Shown here: positions 1 to 12,079 of the stretch, piece after piece
Layout of the letters: every line of letters begins with the position of its first letter
How positions within the stretch are numbered: the first letter of the stretch is position 1
Origin: the human T2T-CHM13v2.0 reference genome, Homo sapiens
Assembly (NCBI RefSeq): GCF_009914755.1
Contig: NC_060925.1
Length of the DNA stretch: 64,000 nt
Direction: 5' to 3' (one strand)
Program-made: the position numbers and the translations under genes
The notes under the pieces: model-generated
Told to the model about the DNA's origin: nothing
Seen by the model: only the letters and a program-made list of their open reading frames with translations
The model's database searches: none

Positions 1-164
1 AGAGCAGCTATTCGCAAACCAGGAAGAGGGATCTCACCAGAACGCAACCACGCTATTACCCTGATCTCAGACTTCCCGGCCTTCTGAACTGTGATAAATA
101 AGTTTCTGTTGTTTAAGCCACCCAGCCTATGATATTCTGTTATAGCAGCCAAAACTAAGATACA
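1..164 (+). mobile_element. ERVL-MaLR LTR 3' end (MLT1A-like), cut by window edge
   Basis: CCTGATCTCAGACTTCC..GAACTGTGA..TTTCTGTTGTTTAAGCCACCCAG..TATAGCAGCC..CTAAGATACA matches the MLT1A LTR terminus. Confidence 0.85.
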
Positions 165-459
165 ACTTGTGCCCTGATTGAAGTATATGTCCTGGGTTTT
201 AATTCTAAAAATAAAAGACACACTTTATAAACCTAAACTCAAATTCTTCTCCTCATGGAGATTGCAATCTGGTTGGGAAACTGAAAGAAGTACATGTACC
301 AAAGAAATAGAATGTGGAGGATTTTACATTAAGTGTCAAAACACAGCACAGACTATTAGCAGCATGCCTCAACAGTGGTCCAAGCTATCCTGTCCTCGTC
401 AGGCCAGAGCCCAAAGGAATCACAGGGGGTTCCATTCCAAAGAGGGATGTGGGCCAGTG

Positions 460-556
460 GGGAAAGTTGCTCAATCTCTCTGTGCCTTAGTCACCTAGTC
501 TATAAAACAAATATAACACCCATTTCACGGTGATGTTGTGGAGATTACATATGATA
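460..556 (+). mobile_element. MIR SINE fragment
   Basis: Core-like GGAAAGTTGCTCAATCTCTCTGTGCCTTAG..TATAAAA..GTTGTGGAGATTA. Confidence 0.65.
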
Positions 557-1611
557 CCCCTTTAAAAAAATATTTTCACTTTGTTTTCCTGTGGAATCCC
601 TAAGGCTAGGAACCTTTGGTTACTGAAATTCCTCTAGGTGAACCACATTATCTGCATGACCAGCCCCCTGCCCCTAGCATGGTGGAAGGGCAGCGCAAGT
701 CTAAAAAGTTATAAGCCAGTAATTTTACCCCAAGTAGGTCTTTAAAGCTTCCTTTCCAACTCAGTTTTCTGCAATGAAAGTTGCTGTATAAGCAAAAAAT
801 ATTATTAGTATTAATAAAAATATTTCAGCCATGCTGCTTCTTGCATCATATGTAATTCATTAGCACCAGCTCATAGGCGAGGCAAAATTTTCATGTCAAA
901 TAACGTTTTATGGGTCTTTAGAACATTATGCTCACTGGGTGTCCCCGCATCATGATGAGACCTCCCCAGGAGGGAAGGCAAGAAGCACAGGCTTTTAGAA
1001 ACCCTTTCTTTTTCAAATTTGCTTGGGAAAAAGGTTAGTTTCTACTTCTTGTTCAGCAGCCACACAATGCCAGGAAGCTTAGGTGCTTCTTGAAAGGATG
1101 CGTGTTGTTTTGTTCATGGGAATAGGATTTATAATGATGTTAATTCAAAAGAAGAAATTAAATATAAAAAGGTTAATGAAAGGTTTCAGTCATGATTACG
1201 GTGACCATGATCAATCAAAGGCCAGAGAAACGGCTGTTTTACAATTAAAATATCCCAACACATTGTTATTTATCACTATTGCCATACTGCAGCAGCAGGC
1301 CACAATTAATCATATAAATCACCTGGACTAAATTCTGAGGTTCTCTTTTTGTCAGATAAGATGGCCATGCTATTGTTAAAACTGATGAAAAGACATTTTT
1401 TTCTGATATTCTGATTTAACATACTTTTGTTTAAAAAGATCTTTTATGCAAAGATTATAGGGAAAACTCTAGGCAGGAAACTTTAGTAATTTCAAAGCTC
1501 ATTAGATTTCAAGAATGGATATGTACCTCCCATTCAAATGCATAATAGCATTTTCACAAAGGTTTATCAAAGGGTGAATTAATTGGGTTCTATGTTTTGT
1601 AGTCATTATTC

Positions 1612-1900
1612 TTTCATTCATTCATCCATTCATTTATCCAGTACTTATTGAGGGTCTACTATATGCCAGGTACTCAACTAGGCCCCAGAGCCATAGCAGT
1701 CATGGTCCCTAACCTCATATGACAGGAGTCTCTAGGGAAGAATGCCATTACACTAGTAATCACAAAAGTGGAGAATGTTTTGAAAGACAGAATGTAGAAG
1801 ACCACAGAAACTTACAGGAGTCTGGATAAGAAAGGGACATTTCAACTGAGATCTGAGATCTGAAGGATAAGGAGGGGGGAGTTGGACAGGTCAGGGGAAG
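1612..1900 (-). mobile_element. L2 LINE 3' end
   Basis: TTCATTCATTCA..TTATTGAG..CTACTATATGCCAGG is the reverse complement of the L2 3' terminus. Confidence 0.8.
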
Positions 1901-3239
1901 TAGCCAAGCAGAGCAAATAGCTTATGCAATTGGCCACTACTGTACCACTGAAACCTGGTACATTGTAGGGACATGATAAGTATTTGTGGAATATATTAAC
2001 TCTGAATATTGTGTTTCCAGAGGTCCTTGACTCTGTATAGGAAGAGCCATCTCCCCTGGAGAATGATGGGCCCATGACAAGGTCCACTCAGCCTCCTCCT
2101 TTTCTTATCCATAGTCCTGCACAGATAAAACCTAACTAAGGTGAATTGGGGATAAAGAAAAATATATCAAAAAAAAAAAAAAAAAGCAAGAGAAAATCCA
2201 TGGTGGGGTAGGAGATAAGTGGAAAAGAAAGGACAAGGTGTTGCCTGTAGCCATTCCACAGACCCATCTGGTGCTGGGATTTGGGTAATGAGTATATGTT
2301 TGCATGAGCTTGAGGGTTTTGTTTTCCCATTAGGAAAAAAATAGTCCCCTCTTATCATGTCACCATGCATTTGTACCTTGCACAAAGGCACCATCAAAAG
2401 CAGTGAATGGGAGCTGAAATAAGCCCAGATTCCACTCTCCAAGTTAAATGCCCTGGCATGGGATTGTTACCTCACAGAGGAGGCATCTTTTCCTAATTTG
2501 TTCACCCACAGAGGATGCCTTTTGTTAATTCCCATAAGGCACCTTATAAACCAGCTGCATTCCTATTCCTTCATAGTTCTCTACCCCTTGGACTGTAGGA
2601 TACATGGATATTAGCTTCATATTTTGCACTAATGTTTTCACTCAAAAAAAAAACAGATATAAACCAAATGAATACATTAGCAAAATGTAAGATGTGGGTC
2701 AGATCTATTCTGGAGATGAGGATGATGCTATCAAAACAGAGGCCTTCATGGGTCTTGGGTGCAAGTTATAATTTATTCTTCTAAAATGACCCTGTTTAGA
2801 CTAAAGGTCATTCCATGACAAAACACTGTAGAACACCAGAAAGTTCTAATTTCACAAGCCTAATTCATAAAGACCATAGAAAGGGTGTAGTTAATGTCAA
2901 CAACGTATATTCCTCAAACCAAACAACCTCAAACCCATTGAGTCAAGGCATTTTAAGTTAAAGCACTTCCCCAGGTCTAGGTTTCAGAGAGGAAACAAAG
3001 AGGTCTGAGATTTTTGTCTCTGACTTCAGTGAATTTACATACAGTAAAAAAAGTGAAAATAACAGCTATTTTCTACCATTAAAATATGGATAAAAATTGT
3101 TTAACTGCACAAACATAAGATGGAAAGTGAAAATGTTTCTTAGTGTGTATGAATATAACATCAGGAAAATACATGTCACATTTTGCCCCTGCCTTACAAG
3201 TTTTAGAGTGCACTCAAATATATTATTCCAACTGAAACT

Positions 3240-3395
3240 CACAATAATCATGGGAGGTTAGGCAAGCCACACACTTTCACGTTCATTTCATGTCCAAATG
3301 AAACAGTTCCTGGGAAAAGTTAACAACTTGCTCAAAATCACATAGAAACCATACCAGAAATCAGGTAGTTTGACTGCAAGCCTGGACCGTCTTTA
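3240..3395 (-). mobile_element. MIR fragment
   Basis: AATGAAACAG..GTTAACAACTTGCTCAAAATCACATAG resembles the antisense MIR core. Confidence 0.55.
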
Positions 3396-4231
3396 CCCAA
3401 AGTGCAGACCAGAAAACGAAGCTATGTGTCACTTGTGCCTCTGAACTTGTGAGGCCATGGGGTTGTTGTGACAATTCCTAGCAGGACTATTTTTGCTATA
3501 AATTACTACAAGTATCCAACAGAAGAAAACCTGGTGGATGAGAGATGCTGACAACATGTGGCAGTTAATTGAACATATAATCAGGGGTTGCACCACTGTG
3601 GCAGCTCTGGATTATATCAACAGGCATAATGATGTTGCTAAAATTATGCACCCACAATTATCCCTTAAAGGTAGGTGATAAATGAATTAACTAAGTACTA
3701 GAAGCATACATCTTCAAATATTTAGGACTTGACTGCTGCTAGGTGTACAAGTATAGCATCATGCCAAAGAGTCGGCATTCCACTAGGTGATTAGTAAGCT
3801 CTTCATTTATGACAATAGTTTAGTAAAACATTGGCATGAGTGTTCCATGTAGTTGAAACATTTTCTTTAAATAGGAAAAAATGAAGCATTTGTATATTAG
3901 CTCTGGCAAAAGGGGCAAAAGCAAATAAAGAATTCAAAAATGCATCAAAATAAAAATGATTTTCCAGGTACTAGGGGATAGATGATCAGTTTTGAGTGAA
4001 GAGGAGCCATCCCATGCACCCACACTTTTTCATGATATTTCAGTACCAGGAACTTGCAGATGAGGGTTAAACAACTTTTATAAGATGTTGAATCAAGGTG
4101 TGGCTAGTGAAGATGTTGTGCAGCAAGAGGATATCAAACTAACACGTGCCACGGGGCATCATGTGGATGACTCCTGACAGCCTCACATGCTGGGGAGAGA
4201 AAAGGTGGGAAGTCAATTCTGGGGTCACAGG

Positions 4232-4437
4232 AGAAGAGCCTGGAAGTTGAACAGGCCTGGCTTCCAATCCTACCAGGTTCTCACTAGTACTGCATGCAAG
4301 GTGAACATTTAATCTGTTAAGCCTCAGTTTCCTCATCTACAAAATAAAGGTAACAGTTGCTCCAAACCTCCTTTAAGCAATTAAATACCAGTATTTAGCC
4401 TAGTACTTGGCACAGAGTGAGCACTAAATGAATAGAC
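4232..4437 (+). mobile_element. MIR SINE
   Basis: GCCTCAGTTTCCTCATCTACAAAAT core and TTGGCACAGAGTGAGCACT tail. Confidence 0.85.
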
Positions 4438-6749
4438 AGTGCCCTTGTGATTATTACTGGATCTCAGGCTACTATAATGTGTACATATGCTGTGGACAGT
4501 TAGTAATGCCTGACTTTTCTAATGGTACTATGCCATTAATCAAGTGAATTTCTACATCTGACTCCATCAGTATCTACACGCCTTTGTGTTTTAAAGAGAT
4601 ACATATAGTATTCAGGCACTGGGCCTCCTTTGCTTGTTCATAGCATTTTGATAGGAAAGTTATCAACCAAAATAAATGAGAAAGTCACCAGGTTTAGCCA
4701 TTGTAGCAGTTCTGGTTCAATATTGGATGGGGATGTAGGTTTAAAATTAATCACACAAATGAGGATAGGAGACCACCTCCATATTATGTGCATCCATGCT
4801 AGCCAGTCTCCATTACCATAGATAACTGAGAACTGACTGTATTTATTTCCAAAGGCTTCCTTAAAATGGAAAGATCTCTGTGGCATCTATAAGATTCAAT
4901 TAGAGGACCTTTATAAGCACACATCTAGTTGAACCAAATGAGAGATAAATTAACCTATAAACAGCATGCTCTTTCTTGTGGAATCCTCTAATGGCCTGAT
5001 TTAGGATATCAGCAGATGGGAGGTCAGTGCCCAGTGCTTTCAGAGTTCAGCCCATTCATTACAATCAGGTTCACGATGCCACGAAGAGTTTCTAATGAAA
5101 TACACTCCAGTAAACCTCAGAGGGGGACAGCTCATGTGTGCATGAGACACGAGTTTAAGGCAGCAGACAGACTGATTTTGTATTTCCAGACAGGCAGAGG
5201 TCCAAATGGAGCCACTGCACATTTATTAAGTTGTATTCTTTCAGGGGAGAAACTCTTGCCGAGACATCTTACCTGTAAGCTCCTTTAAGCTTTTAGCTGA
5301 AATGCTCTAGTTCACATACAAAGAAAATTGCGCTGTTTGTCACTAGTCAATGTCCTCTAACATCAGGGCTTTAGTGGGAAAAGAGACACATTAAAAAGGT
5401 ACCTGATCTTCCCTGTATCCCTCCCTATTCCAGCTGAGAGTACTTTCTCTAAGTCCTTTCTTCTTAAATCTTGGGGAAAAGAAACTTACATATCTCAAAT
5501 CCTGCCAAATTGTAGCTCCAAATAATACAAAATATGAGCCTGTGGGTTTTCTTTTTTTTAAAAAAAAAAAAAGAACAGTACTTCAGAAGCCTTAAAAATA
5601 TCTGCTTTTGTGGTCATGTCTACTGACAAAAAGCCTTATAAACTGTAAACCAAATTAAGAACATCACAGCAAGAAAACATCCACTTTTAGCATACATGTA
5701 TAACATCACAGGGCATCTTGCTGGTTTCGAAACACCCAGTTTTATGTGGTGCTAGCAGATGAAAGAGAAGACTGGCTTTCACTTGTGTTCTACAGATGCT
5801 TCTGGGGCACAAGGCAAGGGGCATGAAAGTGAATTGTAGATAACACATTGGAGGCTTGATAGAATGCTTCCCTTGGGGACCCATGCTGAGAGGTGCTCTT
5901 AGAGATGAGATGGCTTCTTCTGAGTTTGCATTAGTACTTCAGTAAATGAATCCCCTCAGATAGAAGTTCCTAGTGGCTCCACTTTAAACAAAATTCTAAT
6001 GTATAATGAATACTTTTCCAGTGTGGTTTTAAAAACCTCTTCTTCCTATTTTATGTTTTCCCCATATGAGCATATATATATATATATTCCGACTTTTTGT
6101 ACCTCTCTTCCCAGCAAGTCAAATTATTATTGAGTCCTGGACATTCTTTCACTATGTCTGCAGTTTACATAGGTAGGTCAGCTGACTAGAGCTAGTCCAA
6201 GTTAAAAAATTAAAACCTTAAATTTCGGCGCTTCATAACCTGCATTGTAGAATAACTAAATAGCCTACCTTGCCTAAAATGGCTTGTTGCTGCATATACA
6301 TTTTTCTCTTCTTACATGATTTTTAACTTTAATGAATCTTACATTTTTTATATTGCCTTAAAAGGACAAGTTAGTAACAAGCTCACCACGCTTTCTTCTA
6401 GTAACCATGGTTAAAAACCTTCGGGATAAGAGCTTTTCTCCTCATCACAACTAATATCTACCCCACTGCCACATCTCTACTACCAGCCCCTTGGCCACTG
6501 TTGACCTCACTTTAGCAAAAAATCCAAATCATGCATACATAATGTACTTAGTGTACCTCCATCACTATAAGGCTGAAACATGTTGCTCAGTGGTTCCTTC
6601 CAAAGCATTAGTTGTTTCTTCCTTTATGTTACACAAAAGTGGAGGTTACTAAATGCTACTGCAAGTTCAGAAAATGTGCTTGCCCATGCTATTCACTTAA
6701 TTAGGTCTGTCTTCTCCTTTCATCTCAAATGTCCTCATTTGTTATGATA

Positions 6750-7110
6750 CATGCATTCTTTTAATAAATACGTCTTTGGTGGGCATTTTATGCCAAACAG
6801 TATGTTAGGTGCTGGGAATGCAAGAGGGAATAAAGTACACCAGGACCCTGGTCCTCACAAAGTATTGTGTGCCAGGGAACCCAGATGAGTAAGCAGGAAG
6901 TTATAACTCAGTGTAAGACATATTAGAGGAACTACACACGAGGGACCCCAAAGGCTTCGAGGAGAGTAAGACATCTCGGTTTGACCTACTGTGACATAGG
7001 CACCAGCCAAGGGAAAGGAAGAAGAGTGGAAGGCCATTCAAGTAATCCAGGGAAAACAACATGTGTGGAGATTCAGGGGCAGGAGAGAGAGCACCACCTG
7101 TGCTGTGAAA
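6750..7110 (-). mobile_element. L2 fragment
   Basis: TATGCCAAACAGTATGTTAGGTGCTGGGAAT..CCCTGGTCCTCACA antisense L2 3' pattern. Confidence 0.65.
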
Positions 7111-7631
7111 CTGAAAGCAACTGAAAGAGCCACTCATGTTCCAGAGGGCAGTACCAGAAGAGGCTTTCATTGATCACCAGAGTGAATGCTGCTCCCTGAC
7201 CCACCCCCATGTCGCCTCCATGACATTAACTTGTCTGATTTTTGTCATGCTTCCTGTAATAAGTAGAAGATAATAAGTAGAAGCTCATTATCAAATAAAT
7301 TTGCGTTCTGTATTTGATCAGTTAATTTTAAATGACATTTAAGCAAGAAAACATAAAATGTGATTTTTTAAAACCCTGAACATTTTATTTCAACTTACTC
7401 TTATTTTACCTTATTCTCTAAATATATATTCCTTTATCAGTTAATTGATGTGGAGATAAGACTTTTTGAGAACGAATCCTGCATTAGATTTTGTTTTTTC
7501 TTTGTTGTGTAATACACCACCAGCAACTTTCAGTTTAGCTTTTTCTGGAGTAGAGAAAGAACTTAGAGATAATTTTGAGTAATCTGAATGCAGATCTTTA
7601 CAGTATTTTTCCAAAAATTTTTTTAGGTTTC

Positions 7632-7677
7632 TTGCTTACACCTGATTTTTTTTTTTTTTTTGCTTACACCTGATTTT
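7632..7677 (-). repeat. Poly(A)-only insertion flanked by 18-bp direct repeats
   Basis: TTGCTTACACCTGATTTT at 7632-7649 and 7660-7677 around a T run. Confidence 0.75.
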
Positions 7678-7771
7678 ACAACTCATTTTTAGCACTTCTT
7701 AAATTGAATCTTTTCAAGTTTTTCAAATTATCTATTACAGAAACACTTCATTATAAAATTATCTTAATGCA

Positions 7772-8068
7772 TTTTATTTGTTTCAGAGACATGTCTCGCT
7801 CTGTCACCCAGGTTGGAGTATAATGGTGCAATCATGGCTCACTGCAGCCTCAAACTTCTGAGCTCAAGCAATCCTTCTCCCTCAGCCTCCCCAATAGCTG
7901 GGACTATAGATGAGCACTACCACATCCAGGTAATTAAAATTTTTTTTTTTTAGAAACAAGATCTCACTATTTGTCCAGGCTGGCCTTGAACTCCTGGGCT
8001 CAGGTGATCTTCCCTCCCCAGCCTCCCAAAGTGCTGGGATTACAGGTGTGAACCACTGTACCCAGTCT
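7772..8068 (-). mobile_element. Alu, AluJ-type, full length
   Basis: Dimeric Alu with J-type ATCATGGCTCACTGCAGCCTC and GCTCAAGCAATCC; degenerate TSD TATCTTAATGCA/TGTCTTAATTCA. Confidence 0.95.
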
Positions 8069-9674
8069 GTCTTAATTCAGTGTTTAATTACGTTATTGTT
8101 TCAATTCTTCCTTAAAAAGGATGGTCTCAAATATAAGATCTTACTATATATTTAGAACTTAGAATATTTTCTGATACCTATTAAGTATCAGTAAATATTT
8201 TTTGAATGAACAAATAAAAAGACGATGTTAAAAAGAGTAGCAAACTTTGGAGACCTAGCAAGCCAGAATATGGAGTTTGAATATTTTTCTAAGAGCAATA
8301 AATGAAATGAACAAATATAATAATTTATAGTATATCTCCCACTAGTGTCTTTTATTGCATTTCAGAGTTCTGTGTCTCAAATTTTGTAGGTAAGTCATAT
8401 TTCAGTAAGTGAAATTTCGTTGATAATTCATGGTCAGTCGTGTGAACATAATTTTCATTTGTATGACAATTGTGGAAGGTTCACATTCCGGGAACCAGAG
8501 ATGGGGGTGGTAAGGAAGGGGTAGAAGTGAGAATCTGGGAACAGTTTGATTTGGTGTGGTAGCCATCCTGACACTTTCCACCCCTGAGTACTTATTTTAT
8601 TTTAAATCTCAAGGGCTCATTCCATTAGTGTTTTGATTTTTTTAAAAGGTGCAGCGTGTTTAACCTGTTCTCCATTTCAGCGATGTTCTCTTTGAGAACA
8701 CAGAGCCAGCACATTACTTAAAACAGCAAAGTGTCATGATTCAATAGTCATAACTTTTCTTCCTATTAATAATAGTTTCGCCCCTGAATCATACCTACAT
8801 GTCAATCACATCAATAGACTAGAAAAATGATGTTTGGCAACATTACAAAACACAGGCATCTTGGAGTCTGGTTATTTTCTATTTTGTAAACCTTTAATAC
8901 TGAGCTAAAATCTATAATAAATCTCAAACATAATCAATAAGGATATATTACATTCTGTTAAAAAATTTAGTGTAAATCTTTCAATCTTTACAAATTTTGA
9001 CCTTATGGTGGTGTAGACAGATGAATTGTAAATTAGGTGTTTTTAAAACACATATATTTTTAATTAATGCATGATATAATACAACAATAAATACAACCAA
9101 GAATAAAATGCTAATTTATATTTTATATTTAGGTATAATCAAGTCAGGTTAAAACAGACACTTGATGTTTCCCACATTGATTCAGCGTTTATATCTCAGA
9201 TGCAAAAGAATCCAATGAGTAATAATTTACATATATATACATTTTAAACAGTAAAAATAGATGGAATCATATATAGGCTTGCATAGAAGATAGTAGAACA
9301 CTAGAAAGCAGTTCAATTGTGAAATATAAAATCTTAGGAAATTGATATGCTATTTAAGAAGTAAATTATAGCTCCGTATTTGAGAGTCTCTGTTAGTATA
9401 CTCCATATGTCCTGTGTTCTTTTATCAGTAACCTTCATATTTTTCAAATTTCATAGGGACTTAAAAAATCCATTCTGGCTTGAAAGCTTTTTATCTCTTT
9501 TCTTTTACTGTTAGGGTAGCATCTGGAAGGGGGTTGATTGATCTAGCAGAGGTAGCCAGTGAGTCAGGCTCTGCTAGAGAAAGGGTCACTTGAGAGTCAC
9601 TTGAGTTTTCACCTTTCTGTTGATGACCTGACTTTCCAGGTATGAACTGCTCTGATTGATACACTTACACAGCA

Positions 9675-9875
9675 ATGTGGAAGAGTGATTATGAATACAG
9701 GTTCTGGCATTGAACTAACTGTGTGACCTTGGGCAAGTAATTTAACCTTTCTTTGCCTTGTTTGCTCATCTGTAAAACTGAAATTATACCATTGGGGTTA
9801 AAAGACATAATATCTGTAAAGACAAAATGGTGTAGTGCCTGCTACATAGTAACTCTCAAAAAATGTTAGCTATTT
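9675..9875 (+). mobile_element. MIR SINE
   Basis: TGTGTGACCTTGGGCAAGT..CTCATCTGTAAAA..ACATAGTAACTCTCAAAAAATGTTAGCTATT. Confidence 0.85.
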
Positions 9876-11289
9876 GTTATCTGTACACTCCTGAATCCCA
9901 CTTCCTTCTTTATTCTAATATCATCTTGGGTTTCTTCCTGATTTTGAAAACCTAGATATGGGTTCTGTTGGCTAAATCTCTTTTATTTTTTTTTTTTTTG
10001 CTTCATTAATTCTGATTTGATAAGGTTACATGATTGTCTCATTATTCCCTTTGCTTTGCCATTTGGCCACGGGCTCCTTGGCTCAAGATGTGGATGAATT
10101 CAGCCTCCACAGGAGCTCAGAACTGTCTTCCCCCATTTGATCCCATTGGCCATATTGTCTTCCAGTTGAAGTAACTCCAAATCCTATTATTTATCTTGGA
10201 CTATCTTACATTCTTTCTCTTTCCATATAAAATATATCTTCAAGTTCAGACAGTTCTTCCTTTATTACACCTTTTGTATCCGTCACTTCCCTTCTGATCC
10301 CATTGCTACCACTCTATTCCAGGTTCACATTATTCCACAGGTATATTCTTTCCCTCTTCCTACTCCTCCTGCACACAGATGGTGTAATAATCTCTCCAAA
10401 ATGCTGCTTTTCACTTGTTACTCTTTACCACTCCCACTACCTCCATCGAAAATCATTGCTTACTGGAGTACGGAAACACTTCACCTGACATTTAAGGTCA
10501 GCAATACCCCATCAATTTTATTTCTCATCACTACCCTACTTTCATTTCTTTATCAAATATTTACTTTATGTCAGCTTCCATAACAGGCATTGTAGATATA
10601 ATGATAACAAATTAGCCACAGTCTCTGTCTTCAGGAAACTTACAGTCTAGCGAAGAGACTTTTTTTTAAAAAAGGCATCTTGATATCATGTGTAGTCCTT
10701 TTCCTGTGCTTAACGGACTTTCCCATCTCCATTGGTCCCAGACCTGTTTTCCTTCAAGTCCTCCTAAATGTTTTTTTTTTTTTTTTCCTTCTAGAAGCCT
10801 GTTTGAGAGCAGGACTGATGCTGAATTCAGAAAATGTAGCTGCTGATTGCATTCACTTTCATTCTCTAACTCATTTCACTGTCCTTCCCAAAATGACTGG
10901 AGAAGAGCACCAAGCATCTCTCTTCACCACTTTTATGATACTCCCTTAAATCTATCAACTTTCCAGAATATCATGGGAGAGAAGGGAAAAGGCACAATAA
11001 ACAGCTTGATTTCTGAAGGCCCTTTCTGCTTGATTTCCTTGGACTTACTTCTGTTGATTTTAGGTCCTGAGAACATGGGTAAAAGCTCATTATCATTCTC
11101 TGACATTTAGCTCAAGTTTCCTTTATGAGTCAAAATAAACTAAAAGTTTAAACAGTTATTGGACCCTGGAACATTTACTGAACATTCTATTATACATAAG
11201 AACCTTGCTTGTTTTTATGGGAGAAACCTGAGACGAACAAGAGGGAGTTTCTCACCCCTGCCTCGCTCAAGCTCTACTCATCCTATGCT

Positions 11290-11670
11290 ACTTGCTAATT
11301 CCTAAACATACACCCTCTTCATACTCCTGAGCCTTTGCTCATGACGCTTCCTTTTCCTGGAATGTTATTCCTTCTATTCTTTATCTAATAAAATCTTATT
11401 CTTAAATGTACAAATCAAAAGCTTCCTTCTCTATGAAGACGTCTGATCACTACCTTCCCAGAGAGGAATAACATTGCTCCCCTTTGTCTTCCCTAAACAC
11501 TACCATGTCATGAGCACTTCCCTCATTGTGTTATAGTCGGTTGGTTCTCTTCATTTCCCCCTCAGAGATATTTAGGCTTTGTGAAATCATGTCTTATTTA
11601 TCTTTGTGTTTTCAGGGCTTAACACGGTGCTTGCCACATACGGAATGCTCAATATTTTTTGTTAGCTTAA
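11290..11670 (+). mobile_element. L2 3' end
   Basis: CCTTTGCTCATG..CCTGGAATG..AACACGGTGCTTGCCACATACGGAATGCTCAATA. Confidence 0.75.
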
Positions 11671-11849
11671 TTAGAGGAAAGAAAATTATACTCTTATTCC
11701 ATATAAAATAGAGTAGTTTTAAGACAAATAGAATAAAATACTTAGGTATTCAGAAAATCTTGACTGACTCATAAGAGAAAATGTTTATAATCAGCAAAAA
11801 GAAAAAAACACCCATTTACTAAAGACCTACCATGTGTCAAGCCTGCATT

Positions 11850-12071
11850 AAGTGCTGGCTGTACTACTTAGTAGTCATGTGAATTTAATTTATGCCTCAG
11901 TTTTTTTAAATCTAAGAGGGAAATACTGTTGTGTGTGTGTTTCTATTTGTGTGTACATGTATATATCTACAACTACAGCATAGGTACATTAATAGGTACG
12001 TTAGAAGAATTAAATGAGATGAAGCATTTAAGGCACTAGTATATTATGAGAATTAAATGAGATGAAGCATT
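11850..12071 (+). mobile_element. MIR fragment with internal 23-bp duplication
   Basis: GCCTCAGTTT and GAATTAAATGAGAT MIR motifs. Confidence 0.55.
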
Positions 12072-12079
12072 GCCAGACA

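Noticed and set aside
1612-1995. Oppositely oriented L2 ends as a possible miR-28-type hairpin
   Set aside because: The arms are about 270 bp apart, poorly complementary and not tail-to-tail.
12006-12071. CRISPR-like repeat-spacer-repeat
   Set aside because: Only two copies, derived from MIR sequence, in eukaryotic DNA.
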